Source of the DNA: Felis catus
Lineage: Eukaryota
Assembly: GCF_018350175.1 (NCBI RefSeq)
Contig: NC_058368.1
Coordinates: 181,476,001 to 181,540,000, forward strand
Direction of reading: 5' to 3'
DNA: 64,000 bases
The stretch's first letter is position 1. Each line of letters starts with the position of its first letter. This document shows, piece by piece, positions 39,742 through 52,657 of the stretch. A program made the translations under genes and the position numbers. Below the pieces are notes generated by a model. It was given only the letters and a program-made list of their open reading frames with translations. It had not been told where the DNA came from and did no database searches.

Positions 39742-40867
39742 AAAGAATCTAACACTATTGGCTATAGGAATTATAGTGTTTATGAGCCACTAAAAATTTA
39801 CAAACTGAAAGAAAAAAACCTCTAGATTTTTAAAAGAAGCTTTCATTTTTCAATAGTAAAAATTGAGAGTCTTTTCTCCATGAACTTTACTAAAGAGATA
39901 TCATCCAAGAGCTCTTCTGTAGCACTGATTTTTGGGGAAACAAACATTGGAGTAAGTGCCAGGACAGTTTGAAGGCCTCAGTAAACTTGTATTTGACCCA
40001 AACCCTTGCATTGCAAAGGTCTGGCTTGATTTAGAGGTACAGTTCTCCTTGTATATGCTCAAATCATATCTCCTTTGTGTGGAAAAATAAGATTTCATGC
40101 ACAATCAAGTTTATCTACCTCAAATCAATAAAAGCATTAAAACAGATATAAAAGAAATACAGTTAACCAATTTAAATATTATTGAAAGTCTTGTAGAACT
40201 ACAGATATGCTGAATGTGAAATTTCCTAGTTGAAAGGTGTGTTGAAAGCGTTTCAGGCAACACTAGAATGCTTTCAAATGATGCGCAGCCACTTATGAAA
40301 ACTATTCAGGTGCTTTCCCTAATCTGAAAGGGAGTGCTTTTTCATAGCATTAGTTTTATAATGAGCCTTTTCAGGCAAATTTCAAAGGGTGCATGGTTCA
40401 CATACTTTAAACTAAATTCACTCATAATTTAGCATCCGACAAAAGCTAATGCTTAATTGTCTCTAAAGAGGCTATAGAAGGAAAACATTTTCCTTATTCA
40501 CAAACACAGAGCCAAACAGTGGGGCTCCCTCGCATGACCACCCCTCCCTAATTTTCATAGGAACAATGGCTCTGTAAAGAGCTGGCCATGAGGAGACAGG
40601 GAACACAGATGCCAGAGCAACTCAGGAGGCTGAGACTCACTGGCTTTGCACAATATTGCCTGCCACCCCTGGTCTGAACACCCTTGGGGATAAAGACTTT
40701 GGCCTGGAGAGGGGAGGGGATCGAGATGTGTAATTTATGTAACATGGGATATCTAACAGTTTACTATTGGCTGACACCTTGAGATAAGTCATTAAAATTT
40801 GCTGAGCTCCACCCAGCATCCTGGATGCAAAATGAGTAGGCTGTGCTTGACAGATGGTCTCAATTAT

Positions 40868-41125
40868 CACAGTGCTTAATAGCACAGACAGACATGAAAG
40901 CCAGAGGCTGAGCTTCAGAGTTCTTGCTCTGCCACTCCCTAAGTGACTTTGGACAAGTAAATAAAACTCTCTTTGCCTCGACTGCCTCATCTATAAAATA
41001 GGATAACAGTACAATCCTCCAAGGCTACAGTGAGTATTAAATGAGTTCATGGACATAAAGAACTCAGAACAGTATCTGGTTTGGGTAAGGAAATGCTCTA
41101 TACATACATGTTAACTATTATTATT
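40868..41125 (+). mobile_element. MIR (near full length)
   Basis: GCTCTGCCACT...GTGACTTTGGACAAGT...CCTCATCTATAAAATAGGATAA...ATTAAATGAGTT...AGAACAGT. Confidence 0.85.
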
Positions 41126-43555
41126 ACATTCCTCCCACTTTTATATTCTGAGTCTCTTGGAAAAGCAACAAGCCATTCTCTCACTTTTATTCATTTATTT
41201 TTCTTTCTCTCTTGTGGGTCTTTGGATTAGTGGCATCCCTTGGTAAAACCTCTGGATGTTCTGTTTTTCCCTTTGTACTAGAACTTTTAGTTTAATATAC
41301 AAATGCCTTTTGAGGTATAGGGTGCTGGGGAGAGCGAGTTCTTTTAAATGACTGCAGTAAGGAAGATGGCAGCTCCCTTGGAACACGATATGTCAAAATA
41401 TAATGATTTGACAAAGCCTTCTGCGGAAAAAAAAAAAAAGCAGCTTTTGAACCTGTCTACTCCTGAGATAACTGTAGAATAAAGCAAATGGGAAAAAAAA
41501 GTATAAGACAGAAAACATAATCTCGCTTTTGTAAATCTTTAAGATCTGGAGTAATTTTCATAATTGTGACACTTGGTACAGTTTGATAGTATCTTATATT
41601 GATTCTCAGGTTTTAAGACAATAATCATTACATTATTATCTGCAGCCTAAGCATTGTAGCATAACCTCCTAATTAGGATAAAAAACAGAGCCAGGAGCGG
41701 CCACAGCAAGTCACAACAAGTCAATATTTTTAATAAGGATTAATTAAAAAAAAACTCTACAAGGTTGTATTAGAGGCAGTTCTGGCATGTCTATTGATTA
41801 ACAGTTGGCATTACATCTCATAAAGGGCTCATTATGTAAAGCATCAATCTAAGTGTGATGTCCCCCCCACCCCTTAAATACTATTGATTTGTTTTGATGT
41901 GTCTTTTAAAGCACTGTTTGGGAACTGAGAAGATGGAGAACGGGGTCCTGGATTCACATTGTCCATCACATTGCAAGACACCCAAAAGAAACGGCAACGG
42001 GGATTAATGTCTTCTGTTTCTCCCCTGTAGCCAGCTTCTACTGACTTCTCAGGCTGGCAGAGAAAATCTGCTTCACTACACTGTCAACCAAAGGGATCCA
42101 GATTCGAAATAGGCACTATCAACTCCTGAGAAGGTTGTCTGCTAAGGGTGGCATATCCTGAAAGAGGATGGAGTTTTTTTCCTCTCCCCATGCCAGAATA
42201 ATTTTATGTGTTTGTTACCCACTCCCCAATATTTCCTTTATATATTTATTTATATGCAAATAAACAATGGTGCCATTTGGGAACAACCTCCAGTGCTTCT
42301 AAAGACAGCAGCACTAGGAATCCACAGGAAGACAGTAGCCACAGGTGCCTGCAACTCATGAATATGCAGCTATGGCATTTGAAACTCTTCAGCAGATTTC
42401 TCAACTCCTTTCTTCATTGACACCAATTCACTCCCAATCACAAGGGTTTTCAAGTAAACAACATTGGTTGGAAGCTGCTGCAAATACTTCCAGAAGTAAT
42501 CTCAGTCCCTGCTTCTTAAAAAACAAAAAAAAACAAAAACAAAAACAAAAAAAACGCCTTTGTGGTTGATGCTAGGTGGCAGTGCTGTGTAATTAAAACT
42601 CACAAAGATTCCACTAGACTCGTGAGTCAGGACACCTCCCCTCTAAACACAATCATAAGGTATAATTATGAGTAAAATACATTAGGAACTCATAGTTCCT
42701 TCTTAGAAACTCATTAAGAAGTCATAACAAAGCCTTTGCCACATGAAGGTCAGTATTTTTCAAAAACAACTTAAAACAGGATTAATCTAAGTGTATATGT
42801 TATGCATTTTTAAAATGACCAAACTAATACCAATAACTTACCACAAAATGTATTATTTAGATAAAACAAACTATATTTTTCTGTTACCTGTGATATCATG
42901 CATGTTATTTGAGGAATCTTCCACCAGTAATCTTTTAATGATGGAAAAATCTAGAATACCTGCTGTCTAAATGTCATACTGTAGCATCACCAGGAATCCT
43001 TCATTCATTTGTTCCAAAGATTTATCAAGACCTATTATGTAGGCTAAGTATAGCAATAGGCATGATGAAGAAAACAAATATGTTTAATTCATGGTCCTCA
43101 CACTCAAGGATATTACACTCTAAAATGAGAAAACTAAATAGCAGGTTGACAAAGTAGAATATAAGTGAGGCTTGCAAGAGGGCATATATCAGCCTTGACA
43201 AAATGACTCAATAGGCTAGGATAAACCATTAGTGGAGGTTACAAGACTTTGAGACTTGCCTCTATTCCTTCTTCCTCCCAGTGAAATCCTTTCCCCATAA
43301 GTGATCTGCAGGGGGGAAACAAATCTTTTTACTTTTTGTCTAAACTGAATCCTCTCCCACACAGTGTGGGAAAGGAACACTGGATTAGCTCTGGTTTTGA
43401 ATGGAGCTTTGGAATATGATCACTTCAGCTTTTTATTCTGGCTCTACCTTTAACTAGACACATGACATTGAGCAAATTGCTTAACCTTTCATGTCTTAGT
43501 CCCATCATTAAGCAAAATTATACTGGACTTATCTCCTATGACTGTTATGAGGGTT

Positions 43556-43800
43556 AATGGGATACCAGTTTTCTTTCTGAGGTGATAAAAACTGTTCTAA
43601 AATTAGATTATGATGATTATGCCACTCTATAGATATAACCTGTAGATATCACTGGATCATATACTTTTAACAGGTGAACTTTGTGATAAATTTTCTATGA
43701 ACAAAGGTGTCAAAAAAAGATTAAACTATGGTATATCTATATCATAGAATACTACTAAGTAATAAAAAGGAAAGAAGCATTGAGGTATGAAACAAAAACT
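43556..43800 (+). mobile_element. L1M (L1MB/MC-like) 3' fragments inserted in a MIR (about 43395-43840)
   Basis: TTTCTTTCTGAGGTGATAAAAACTGTTCTAAAATTAGATTATGATGAT... and AAACTATGGTATATCTATA...AATAAAAAGGAA. Confidence 0.7.
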
Positions 43801-44209
43801 TAACACATACAAAATGGTTTTGCAAAACCAGTGTATGCATTTAAAAAATATTAACTCATCTTTTGGCCCTTCAACCATAGGTCACATGCTCTTGGGAAAG
43901 TCATGTAGGACACTGGGAAAACCTCTTGATGCTTCAATCTCTTTCTTTTTAAAGTGAGGCATTGGACTGTATTTTCCTATAAGAAGTTTTAGCTCCAAGA
44001 TTACTGTAGATCAAGGAAATGGTTTCTGAGTTTTCTTAAGTTCTTATGCCAATGATTTTCCCTTCTCAAAGGTAAGGCTCTGTATTATTGCTGCCCAGAA
44101 AGTGTCTGCAATCTTCCACTGAATGTATAGATTTTTTTCCACCTAAAAAAAATCCTTACTTTTATACAGATTTTGGAAGCTGGACTGCTCCAGGAAGAAG
44201 CAGAAGGAA

Positions 44210-44273
44210 GAGGAGGAGGAGGAGGAGGAGGAGGAGGAGGAGGAGGAGGAGGAGGGGGGGGGGGGAAGGGAGG
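44210..44273. repeat. (GGA)n microsatellite with G-run
   Basis: Read directly from the sequence; source of the spurious poly-Arg ORF. Confidence 0.95.
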
Positions 44274-44289
44274 ATAGTATACTGTAGAA

Positions 44290-44492
44290 TAGTAGTTCTC
44301 AACTCTGACTACATATTAGGGTCACCACTTTTTAGAAAGCTTTTTAGAAGGTTTTTTTAGAAAACATACCTACACCACTACCCACACCACACCTTATGCC
44401 AATTAATTCTGAATTTTTGGTGGCTCCTAAACAATGATTGTTTTTCAAAAACTCAACTGATGTCCATGTACAAGGAAGGTTGTGAACCAATG
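44290..44492. mobile_element. MER5-family MITE (degraded)
   Basis: AGTAGTTCTCAACTCTGACTACATATTAG...CCAATTAATTCTGAATTT...CAAGGAAGGTTGTGAACCAATG. Confidence 0.55.
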
Positions 44493-45321
44493 CTAAGTAA
44501 GTCCAGAGCAGGATGAAATTTTGTTCACCTAGAGTGATCATGAAAGAGAAGGCACCATTTGATCTGTGTCCTCAAGGCTGGTAAGAGATAGATGTGGAGA
44601 TGGAATGCAGGAAGGGAATTTCTAAGGAAGGCAGACCACCCTGTTGCATCTTATTCTAGAAGATGAAGCATTCTTAGAGGTGTACAAATAATCTAAGAAA
44701 GAAGCAGAAAGAAATATATTCTGAAGGTCTAATAGGCAGTCGAAATCCAGATCAGGATACTGGCAAGGAAAGGGACTTAAAAAGAAAGGAAGAAGAAAAT
44801 GGACTCTGTGGTCAGAGAACAGGACAGTATGGAGAAAGCCTCCCAGCTAAGAACTATGTTTGCATGATAAGGTAAATCTGTCTGCTGCTAGCCAACTTCA
44901 GGGAATCCATCTTATGTAGTCAATGGGCCCCTTAGTCTTCTTGTGCTGGCTGTGACACTATACCTAACATTAATCTCCAATTCAACCACCATCATTGCTA
45001 CTGAAATCAGAATGTCAAATCTATTTAATCGGAAGCCCCATACACAATTTTCTTCTGTTCTTAAAGGAATAAGATAGCTAGAGAATACCGGTTACCTATC
45101 CAAAGAGAACATTGTGACAGAGATACTGATGTATAGACAAAGAACAAAGCAGGCCATAAAGGGAAAATGGGGTTCTATTTTGTGCCTCTGAAATACAAGA
45201 AATGGGGGAAGAGTTCTGAATCACAATTTTGCGGTAGCCCATAAAAGGGTTAATTTGTCTCTGGATAATTGAGGATTGACTGTACAGTTTTCTCATGCAT
45301 CTAGGCCCCTTCAGACACTGG

Positions 45322-45525
45322 AGCGATCTGTTGCAGCCAGCTAGAACCAGCTCAGAAATGGTGACTGTTACATTTTCAGAGATTGGGTGACCTAACTGAT
45401 GTCAGGTTGGTGTCCTGAAGCTGATCATTCTGGGAATATGTGCACGATAAGAATTAGCAAATGCCACAAATCAGGGCTTCCTCACTCCTAGAATCTGTTG
45501 CTAAACATTTACCAGCACACCACTG
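45322..45525 (+). mobile_element. MER63A hAT-Blackjack MITE
   Basis: GTTACATTTTCAG...GCAAATGCCACAAATCAGGGCTT...TGCTAAACATTTACCAGCACACCACTG. Confidence 0.8.
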
Positions 45526-48500
45526 CTTGAGGGCACAGCTCTGTCTAGCATGCCATCCACATAGACTCCAATGTGAACATCTCCCCTTGAAACTACCATA
45601 TGAATTTTCCTTCTGAGGTAATCACCATGATGACCTTGCATCTCTTTATTCTGATGTTTCTTTGCTAGAAAAGTAGGCTTATTATTCTATTTCTGTCCAA
45701 ATAATTAATCCTTGTAAAAATGGCCTACAGTGGCCAACTTGGCAAGACATTGGTTACTAGCTTTGCAGTGGTTTTCAAACTCTACTGCACTAGTAGGTCA
45801 CTTTTATTCAAACTGCAATTTCTGAAGACCCCATATAATTCAAAACTGGCACAATTTGAGGTAAATTTCCCCATAGGAATATAGATCTGCAACCATTAGT
45901 AGCATAATTGGGTTTTATTTCCACTTTTAATATTCTCAATATTGCTTCTAATATTCTATGGAGGCCACTAATCCAAATTAATAATATAGGGTATATTAGT
46001 GGTTGTTAGATCTTTTTATAAAAATATCTCTTCTAACTCCCTTTTCAAAATGTGTGCTTAGCGTTTTTCAACATGAGTGAGAGCATAAACATTTAATGAA
46101 TACCTGGATGGCATGATTATAATATAAAAGATACAAAGCAACAGTGAATATGGCAATGATATAGCAGAAATTGCCAACATTATTTGAATGAAAGAAACAA
46201 TGTGGTTGAACGATACAAAAAAATAGGTATTTGAAATTACCAACTAAACTAGCATTGCTGATGGTAGTTTATAATTCATCTGATCTGCAAGCTTTAAAAT
46301 TGCAAATCTCAACTGTAATTTTTTATAATTTGAAAGAAACCCATTGTTTCAAATTTTGCCTACAATATGCATTTTGTTTTATTATGTTAAAATTGTACTA
46401 TTTCAAATTCACACAAAATGTGGCATACTAGTCACAAGAATAAACTGGGATACTTGTTAAAAATGGAGATTCCTTGTTTCTACCCCAATGTATATAAGGG
46501 ATAGAGTGCATTTTTTGTCAAGCAGCTCAGATAACATTAGAAAATTCTGGTGTGGGTGGTATAGGTGGTCCAATGAAACACTGATGTAATTCTTCTACTT
46601 TTTGAAAATCTAAGCAGAAAAAGCCTTAAATGAAAGGCTTCTGCTTATATAAAATGAAGTAGATTTATTTTTATACAGTTCTTCAAGTTTAACTTTGTAT
46701 AAAGCAAATATACTTGAAATGCACTTCATCATCTGGGGAATGGTTCAATAAGCCATGGTACATCTATGAGCCAAAGGACAGCTACCACTTTGTACCTTAT
46801 CAGTCTTAAAAAGCTCTACAGGGAAAGCATTGTATCTGAAAGATTCATGCCACACCTCATTTTAATCATGGACACAATAACCCCCATCTCTTCAAAGTCA
46901 TTTAGCTGTGAATTTTCAAGAATACATCAAGAAGATTTTCTATGGGCCCATCTGTGCGGCACATTTATTTTCTGTGACTGTTTTGCTGAGCACAATGAAA
47001 ACCTTGACTACTAATGAACGAGGGACCCAGAGAATGGCAGGGCTGCTGCTGCCTCTGCGGCTCTTGGTGAGAGAAGAATCCGTTTCACCTGGAGCGGCAG
47101 CTGTAGGTTGATCTGCGGAAGCTGTTCAAGGAAAGCCTTTTAGTTGAGATGCTTCTCTTCTCTCTCTTCTACTCTCTGAAGGAATAATTTCTAGATGTTC
47201 CTCCAGGTCATAATGCCAAAAAGCTAAAAGCAATCTTCTCTACTGTGTTCATGTCAACAAAACTTGGGGTTCAATGAGACATCAACCTCTGAAACTACTA
47301 GAGAGAAGGGAACTGGTGGGTAAGCACTATACATTTAGAAGAATTTGGGCTTTGGAGACTATAACCTGCACTGATTTACTGTCTGTAAAGGGAGACTAAT
47401 AAAATTTACCTTATGGGATTGTTGTGGAGAAAAGGAGATAAAGCATGTACAGTTCTTAGCAAAGTAATGACAAGTGAAAAGCATACAATCAGTTAATATA
47501 TCATATATATGATATACAATATTTGTAATATATATATGAATCTGATGATGTATTACTAAGAACAGAAACAAACTATAATATCAAAACATCACAGCTAGTC
47601 AGCCTATGCATAGGATAGTCAATAATAATCTTTTTTCAAGGTACTAAATATGAAACACCCACTGCTCCTGGGATTATAGTCTTGGGGACATGGGATAATT
47701 TATCAGGTTAGCACTGGATGAAAGAAATAGTTACTATTATGTTATCATCCTGGTGAAAGAGTGAGGAAAACATATTCCTGAGCCAAGAACACTTCAATAC
47801 GGCATTGTGAGTAATAAATATATTTTTAAGGAAACTCATATTATAGTATGGGCTCTGGCATCTGATATGCCCAACTGCATTAAAAATGATTATTCTCTGA
47901 GTCCACATGGATATCTCAATGATAGATAGATGATGATCAAACTATATAATTTCATCAACTCTTAGATAAATGTTTATAGTATTTTATAGAATTTTATTCT
48001 GAGTTAGACCAATATAGAATTCATAACCCATCACACAAATTTTATCCAGTTGGTTGAAATATAATTTTTAAAATATTCATAAAATCTTAGTGGATTGATT
48101 ATAGTTCCAATTTAGACACAGCAGTTGTTTTTGTTTTTTTGTTTTTTTTTTTTTTCAGAAGGGCCTAGGAAACTGGTTTAACCAAAAGCAGAACTGTGAG
48201 AGAATTTTTTTGAGGAAGACATTAATCAGGGGACAAGAAGGTATTTCAAAAGAGAGACTGAAATGGAACCTTAAAGTCCTTCAAAGCTCCCAAAGCTTCC
48301 CTGGACCTCCCCCAAGTTTGTCCCCTTCACAGAGTTCCCCCAGGTATTTGTGAGTCCAGTAATTACCAGGCTACTTTGTTTTATCATTATTTGCTTATCT
48401 GGGTTTATTAGATTGCAATATCCTGAAGGGAAGGTGATACATTCTCATTTCTGTATTTTCTCCCATATTGCCTAATATACAATTTCGCTGGTGTTTTCTC

Positions 48501-48769
48501 CATATACTGTCACAAAACTGAATTGAAGTGTGAACTCTACTGCTCAAGCTTCATAGAAAAACTTGTAAAGGCAGGCATTTAAAAAGGCAATGGAAGTGCA
48601 AACAGATTTGGCAGTTCAAGAATGAGTATTAGTTTAAGAAAAGGGAAATTTATTTCTTTTTAGGTCGGATAAATATTTTAATATTCAGAATTGCTTTCTA
48701 GAATATGATTACTTCTTTTCATGCATGCGTTCACTAATCTCACCTATCAGGAAGAAGCATAGCAGGCTG

Positions 48770-48975
48770 AGCAGAAATGGACTCTGCTCTAAATTGTTAG
48801 AGTTTCAGCCTTGTGTCAGCCACTACTGGCTACTTGATTTCTGGTAAGTCATATCACTAAACCGCAGTTTCCTAGTATGTAAAATAGGAATAACACCTAC
48901 AATAATACCTACCTCATGGAGTTCTCATGTGAGATTCATGAAATAATCCATGCAATGCACTAAATAAATTTAGCC
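48770..48975 (+). mobile_element. MIR
   Basis: CAGTTTCCTAGTATGTAAAATAGGAATAA...TACCTACCTCATGG...ATGAAATAATCCATG. Confidence 0.7.
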
Positions 48976-49455
48976 ATCAATTTTACTTGAACCCATTATA
49001 TTTATAGTACTGTGCTATTCAATGCATGAAGTTTAAGACATTAAGGCATGATCTACTCCTAGAAGTTTGCAATATACTGGATAAGCAAGGCACAAAGGGA
49101 CAAGTTTATTGCATATGACTAATTGTCATATCAATTCAGTGGCCACTGAGAGTTGATATAGCTGAATAAGGGAAGAAAAGCATATACTTATTGAGCTTTA
49201 TTAGTATCAGACATTATCCAGAAAACCAGACCTTGCTTTCTCTCTCTCTTTCTTTAGCAGTTGGGCTACTCCTGGACCCTGAGAAATGTGGGATTTCAAA
49301 TTCTGGCACTTTAACAGAATTGAGTGAATTATATGAGGGAAAAAGTGGTTTTACAAAAAGCAGGAAATACTATAAAAATAAATCATTAGCTGCCTTAAAT
49401 TAGAAACCTTAATCGCTCAGTCAATACAACTTAAGGAATAACAATATTACAAAAA

Positions 49456-49635
49456 ATAACTAACACTTATTGAGTTCTTTCCATATGCCAGGGAAGCTAA
49501 AGTGCTTTTCATATGCATTCTCTCATTTATCCCTTATAATAGTGTAACGAAGTAGGTAAGATTCTTACTCTCGTTTTACAAATAAGAAAAAGGAAACTTG
49601 CAGAACTTAACCAATTTACCCAAAGTGCCAAGATA
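49456..49635 (-). mobile_element. MIR
   Basis: TAACTAACACTTATTGAG...ATGCCAGG...TCTCATTTATCCC...TTTTACAAATAAG. Confidence 0.75.
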
Positions 49636-50213
49636 GTGTGACTGCCTGCCAAGACCCAGCAAGAGAAACGTGAGTAGTTCTGAAGCAAGTTGTGTGCAAG
49701 GGGCAGAGCTTTCTAATTCTTCCGGTTGACTCCCCTTAGGAAGCTAGAAGCTGCTGTGTTCACTGCTCCCTCCTACCCTAGGCTGAAAGAAATCTCCTCA
49801 GAACAACTTTGTTTCCATTCTGACCACAGACTTGAATAGAACAAAAACCAAAGACAAATGGCTTCCAAAATGTAAACTACAGGTAATATGTTTCAATAGT
49901 GTGATCTGAGGTTCATTTATTTGGATATCAGGAGCAACGTTTATGGGGCCCAAAGATCTCACAAGAATGTGGACAAACCAAGACATGGGAAAACATCAAG
50001 GTCTTCATTAACTTAGCTTAAATTACACTGGTCTTATCAAGAGGAGGAACAGGTAAGTGAGGCTAAGTAAAATCCCTGTACCTTTCCATCTTTTAGAAAT
50101 GAAAGCCTTTAAAAGAGCTTTAATCCATGCCAATACACCAAAATAAAGTGACTTGCAGTCGAAATCTTAAGGTAATGTACACATTCTCTATGCCTTAAAA
50201 AAACATTAATTAT

Positions 50214-50427
50214 GGGGCGCCTGGGTGGCTCAGTCTGTTGGGCGTCCGACTTCGGCTCAGGTCATGATCTCACAGTCCGTGAGTTCGAGCCCCGCATTGG
50301 GCTCTGGGCTGACAGCTCAGAGCCTGGAGCCTGTTTCGGATTCTGTGTCTCCCTCTCTCTCTGACCCTCCCCCACTCATGCTCTGTCTCTCTCTGTCTCA
50401 AAACTAAATAAATGTTAAAAAAAAAAT
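50214..50427 (+). mobile_element. Can-SINE (SINEC_Fc/Fc2-like; least diverged copy by eye)
   Basis: GGGGCGCCTGGGTGGCTCAG...CGTCCGACTTCGGCTCAGG...GAGTTCGAGCCCCGC with many CpGs intact. TSD TTAATTAT(G). Confidence 0.97.
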
Positions 50428-50765
50428 TTAATTATGTCCATGTGGTTCTAGAGTTCTCTGGTGCATGCCTTAGTTACTTATGACACTTCTCACTTCCAAG
50501 TTAGCAGTTCAAATTTATGAGACCATTCAACTGCTTTCTGCCCAGGATTTGGTACCTCAAAGGGTTTTCCTCTAAATTTCTAAAGGCTCAGTCATCTACT
50601 ATTAGCTCAGAATGATTAAAAAAAGACATTAAGCTGTGTCAGTTTATCTTAATCATATCATTGCAAATAATGAATGTTTACTTGTCATAAATATCTTTAG
50701 CGAGAACCAGCTAAAAATTTGTATACTGTTCCTCTCTCCCCCCCGTTTCTCTCTCTTCTCTCTTC

Positions 50766-50826
<61 letters not shown>

Positions 50827-50842
50827 ACAGATGCACACACAC
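50766..50842. repeat. Compound (CTGT)n(CT)n(CA)n microsatellite
   Basis: Read directly from the sequence. Confidence 0.95.
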
Positions 50843-50909
50843 AAATTTTTCCAATAATGCACATCTTTCTCATGAGTTGATTTCAATTAAAAAATTGTAT
50901 TAGTTATTT

Positions 50910-51110
50910 GGGGCACCTGGGTAGCTCAGTCAGTTAAACGTCCAACTCTTGATTTCTGCTCAGGTCATGATCTTATGGTTCATGAGTTCAAACCCCTCGC
51001 TGGGCTCTGGGCTGACAGTGCAGAGGCTACTTGGGATTCTCTCTCTCAATCTCTCTCTCTCTCTCCTCCCCTGCTTGCATTCTCTCTCTCAAAATTAATA
51101 AATATAAAAA
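50910..51110 (+). mobile_element. Can-SINE (SINEC_Fc3-like)
   Basis: GGGGCACCTGGGTAGCTCAG...CTCTTGATTTCTGCTCAGGTCATGATC...CAGTGCAGAG...TTGGGATTC. Confidence 0.93.
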
Positions 51111-52657
51111 TGATAAAACAAAAGGTAAGAGAATATTACTTCCTTCTTGAAAGACTTAAATAAGAATATCCCTCTGTAGTACTCATGTAGCTTTTTACAC
51201 TTTAGAAAGCATGCTTATGTATGCTGTCACATCTTGCTGTAAGGAAACTGAAGCCCCAGGAAGTTGGGTGGCCAGAGTCTGAGGACACCTGGCACAGACT
51301 GAGCTCTAAGTAACCACTGGCTCCTATGTGCCTCCAATAGTCTGACCCTACAGTTGACTATAAACTCAAAGCCCATAGGCCTCAATTGATTTACTGATAT
51401 GTTTTACATGGTCCAAACATAATTTTTAAGTTGACTTCCTTGCCAATATTTAAAAACAGTTCTTTTGTAACATAAATAAAATCTTTATCTCTGGTTAACT
51501 TTAAAATCAGAAGATCCAACACCTCTAAGCCAGTATCACTCAAGAGGACAGTGGGCAGGTGCTCAGTCGCTCTGCCTAAGTGTTTTCTGCCTTGCTTTGG
51601 CTTTGCCCCATTCATCTGTGTAGCCTTATTGAGGCATCTGAATTTAGACCCTGCTCCTATCATGTGTACTACATCAAAGATTCCTAATCCATGGAGAAAT
51701 GTCATTGATGTCCCATTAAGAGAGAATGGAAACAGACTGAAATTTAGGAATCAGAATTTTAGAACTGGAATCAACTTTTATTCAGTCTCAAAGTTCACCA
51801 TCAAGTGTTGTAAGGCTCTGGGGCAATCTTAGAAGACAATTCCTTGAGTTTTTCTAATATTAAAATCTAATTACCCATGCACTAAATTGGCTTCATTTTT
51901 CTAACATAAAGTTTTCTTATTTAAAACTTGATTCTAATGCTCTTTTTTATATCTTACATCTTCTTTCAAGATGCTCTTCTTTTATGCATTTTTTTGATGT
52001 AGCAATAATTATTTCTAGTCACAGTAACTAACATTAGTTGAAGTCACTGGTAATCAAATGTTTCAATGATATGTACCTTAAGGTAACATATGATTTTGAC
52101 AGATAAACATGGGGGGAAATTTATTTACTACTAAATATAATATGGTATTAAAATATTTCTAAACCTGGGTCTACTGGGAGATTAAAGAGAGAGAGAGAAA
52201 TCTTTGATTAGTGAAAAGATTGGGAAATATCAATTTTTAATACCTTATTTATGGAATACAGAAGAAACAGTCGTAGCCCAAATAAATCAAGGGACTCAGA
52301 TAAGATTACACAATGGCCAAAGCTTAGAACTAAAATTTTAAGTTACATGATCTGCCCAAATTATTTTCCATGAGACTTGGGACATGTTTAATTCTCTCTA
52401 GTATAGATTAAAACATTCACTCCCCTAGCATTGTATAAGATACTGTGGCAGGCTTTGGGAATCCCAAAACTAATAGCTCACACTTCCTCTTTCATGGGAC
52501 CTTTTCCAGTGATGAAGGCAAGCAGAGAGATAATAAAATAAGGTGTCATAGGTAACATGACAAAAAGGGGCAGAAGAAAAAGCACAAACATTTTTGTACA
52601 TATTAGGAATGGTCATGAGTTCAGTATTAAGTGGGATAAAGTCTGAGGGGACTGAAA

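Noticed and set aside
44088..44360. Poly-arginine (protamine-like) ORF
   Set aside because: Produced by the (GGA)n microsatellite; TTG start.
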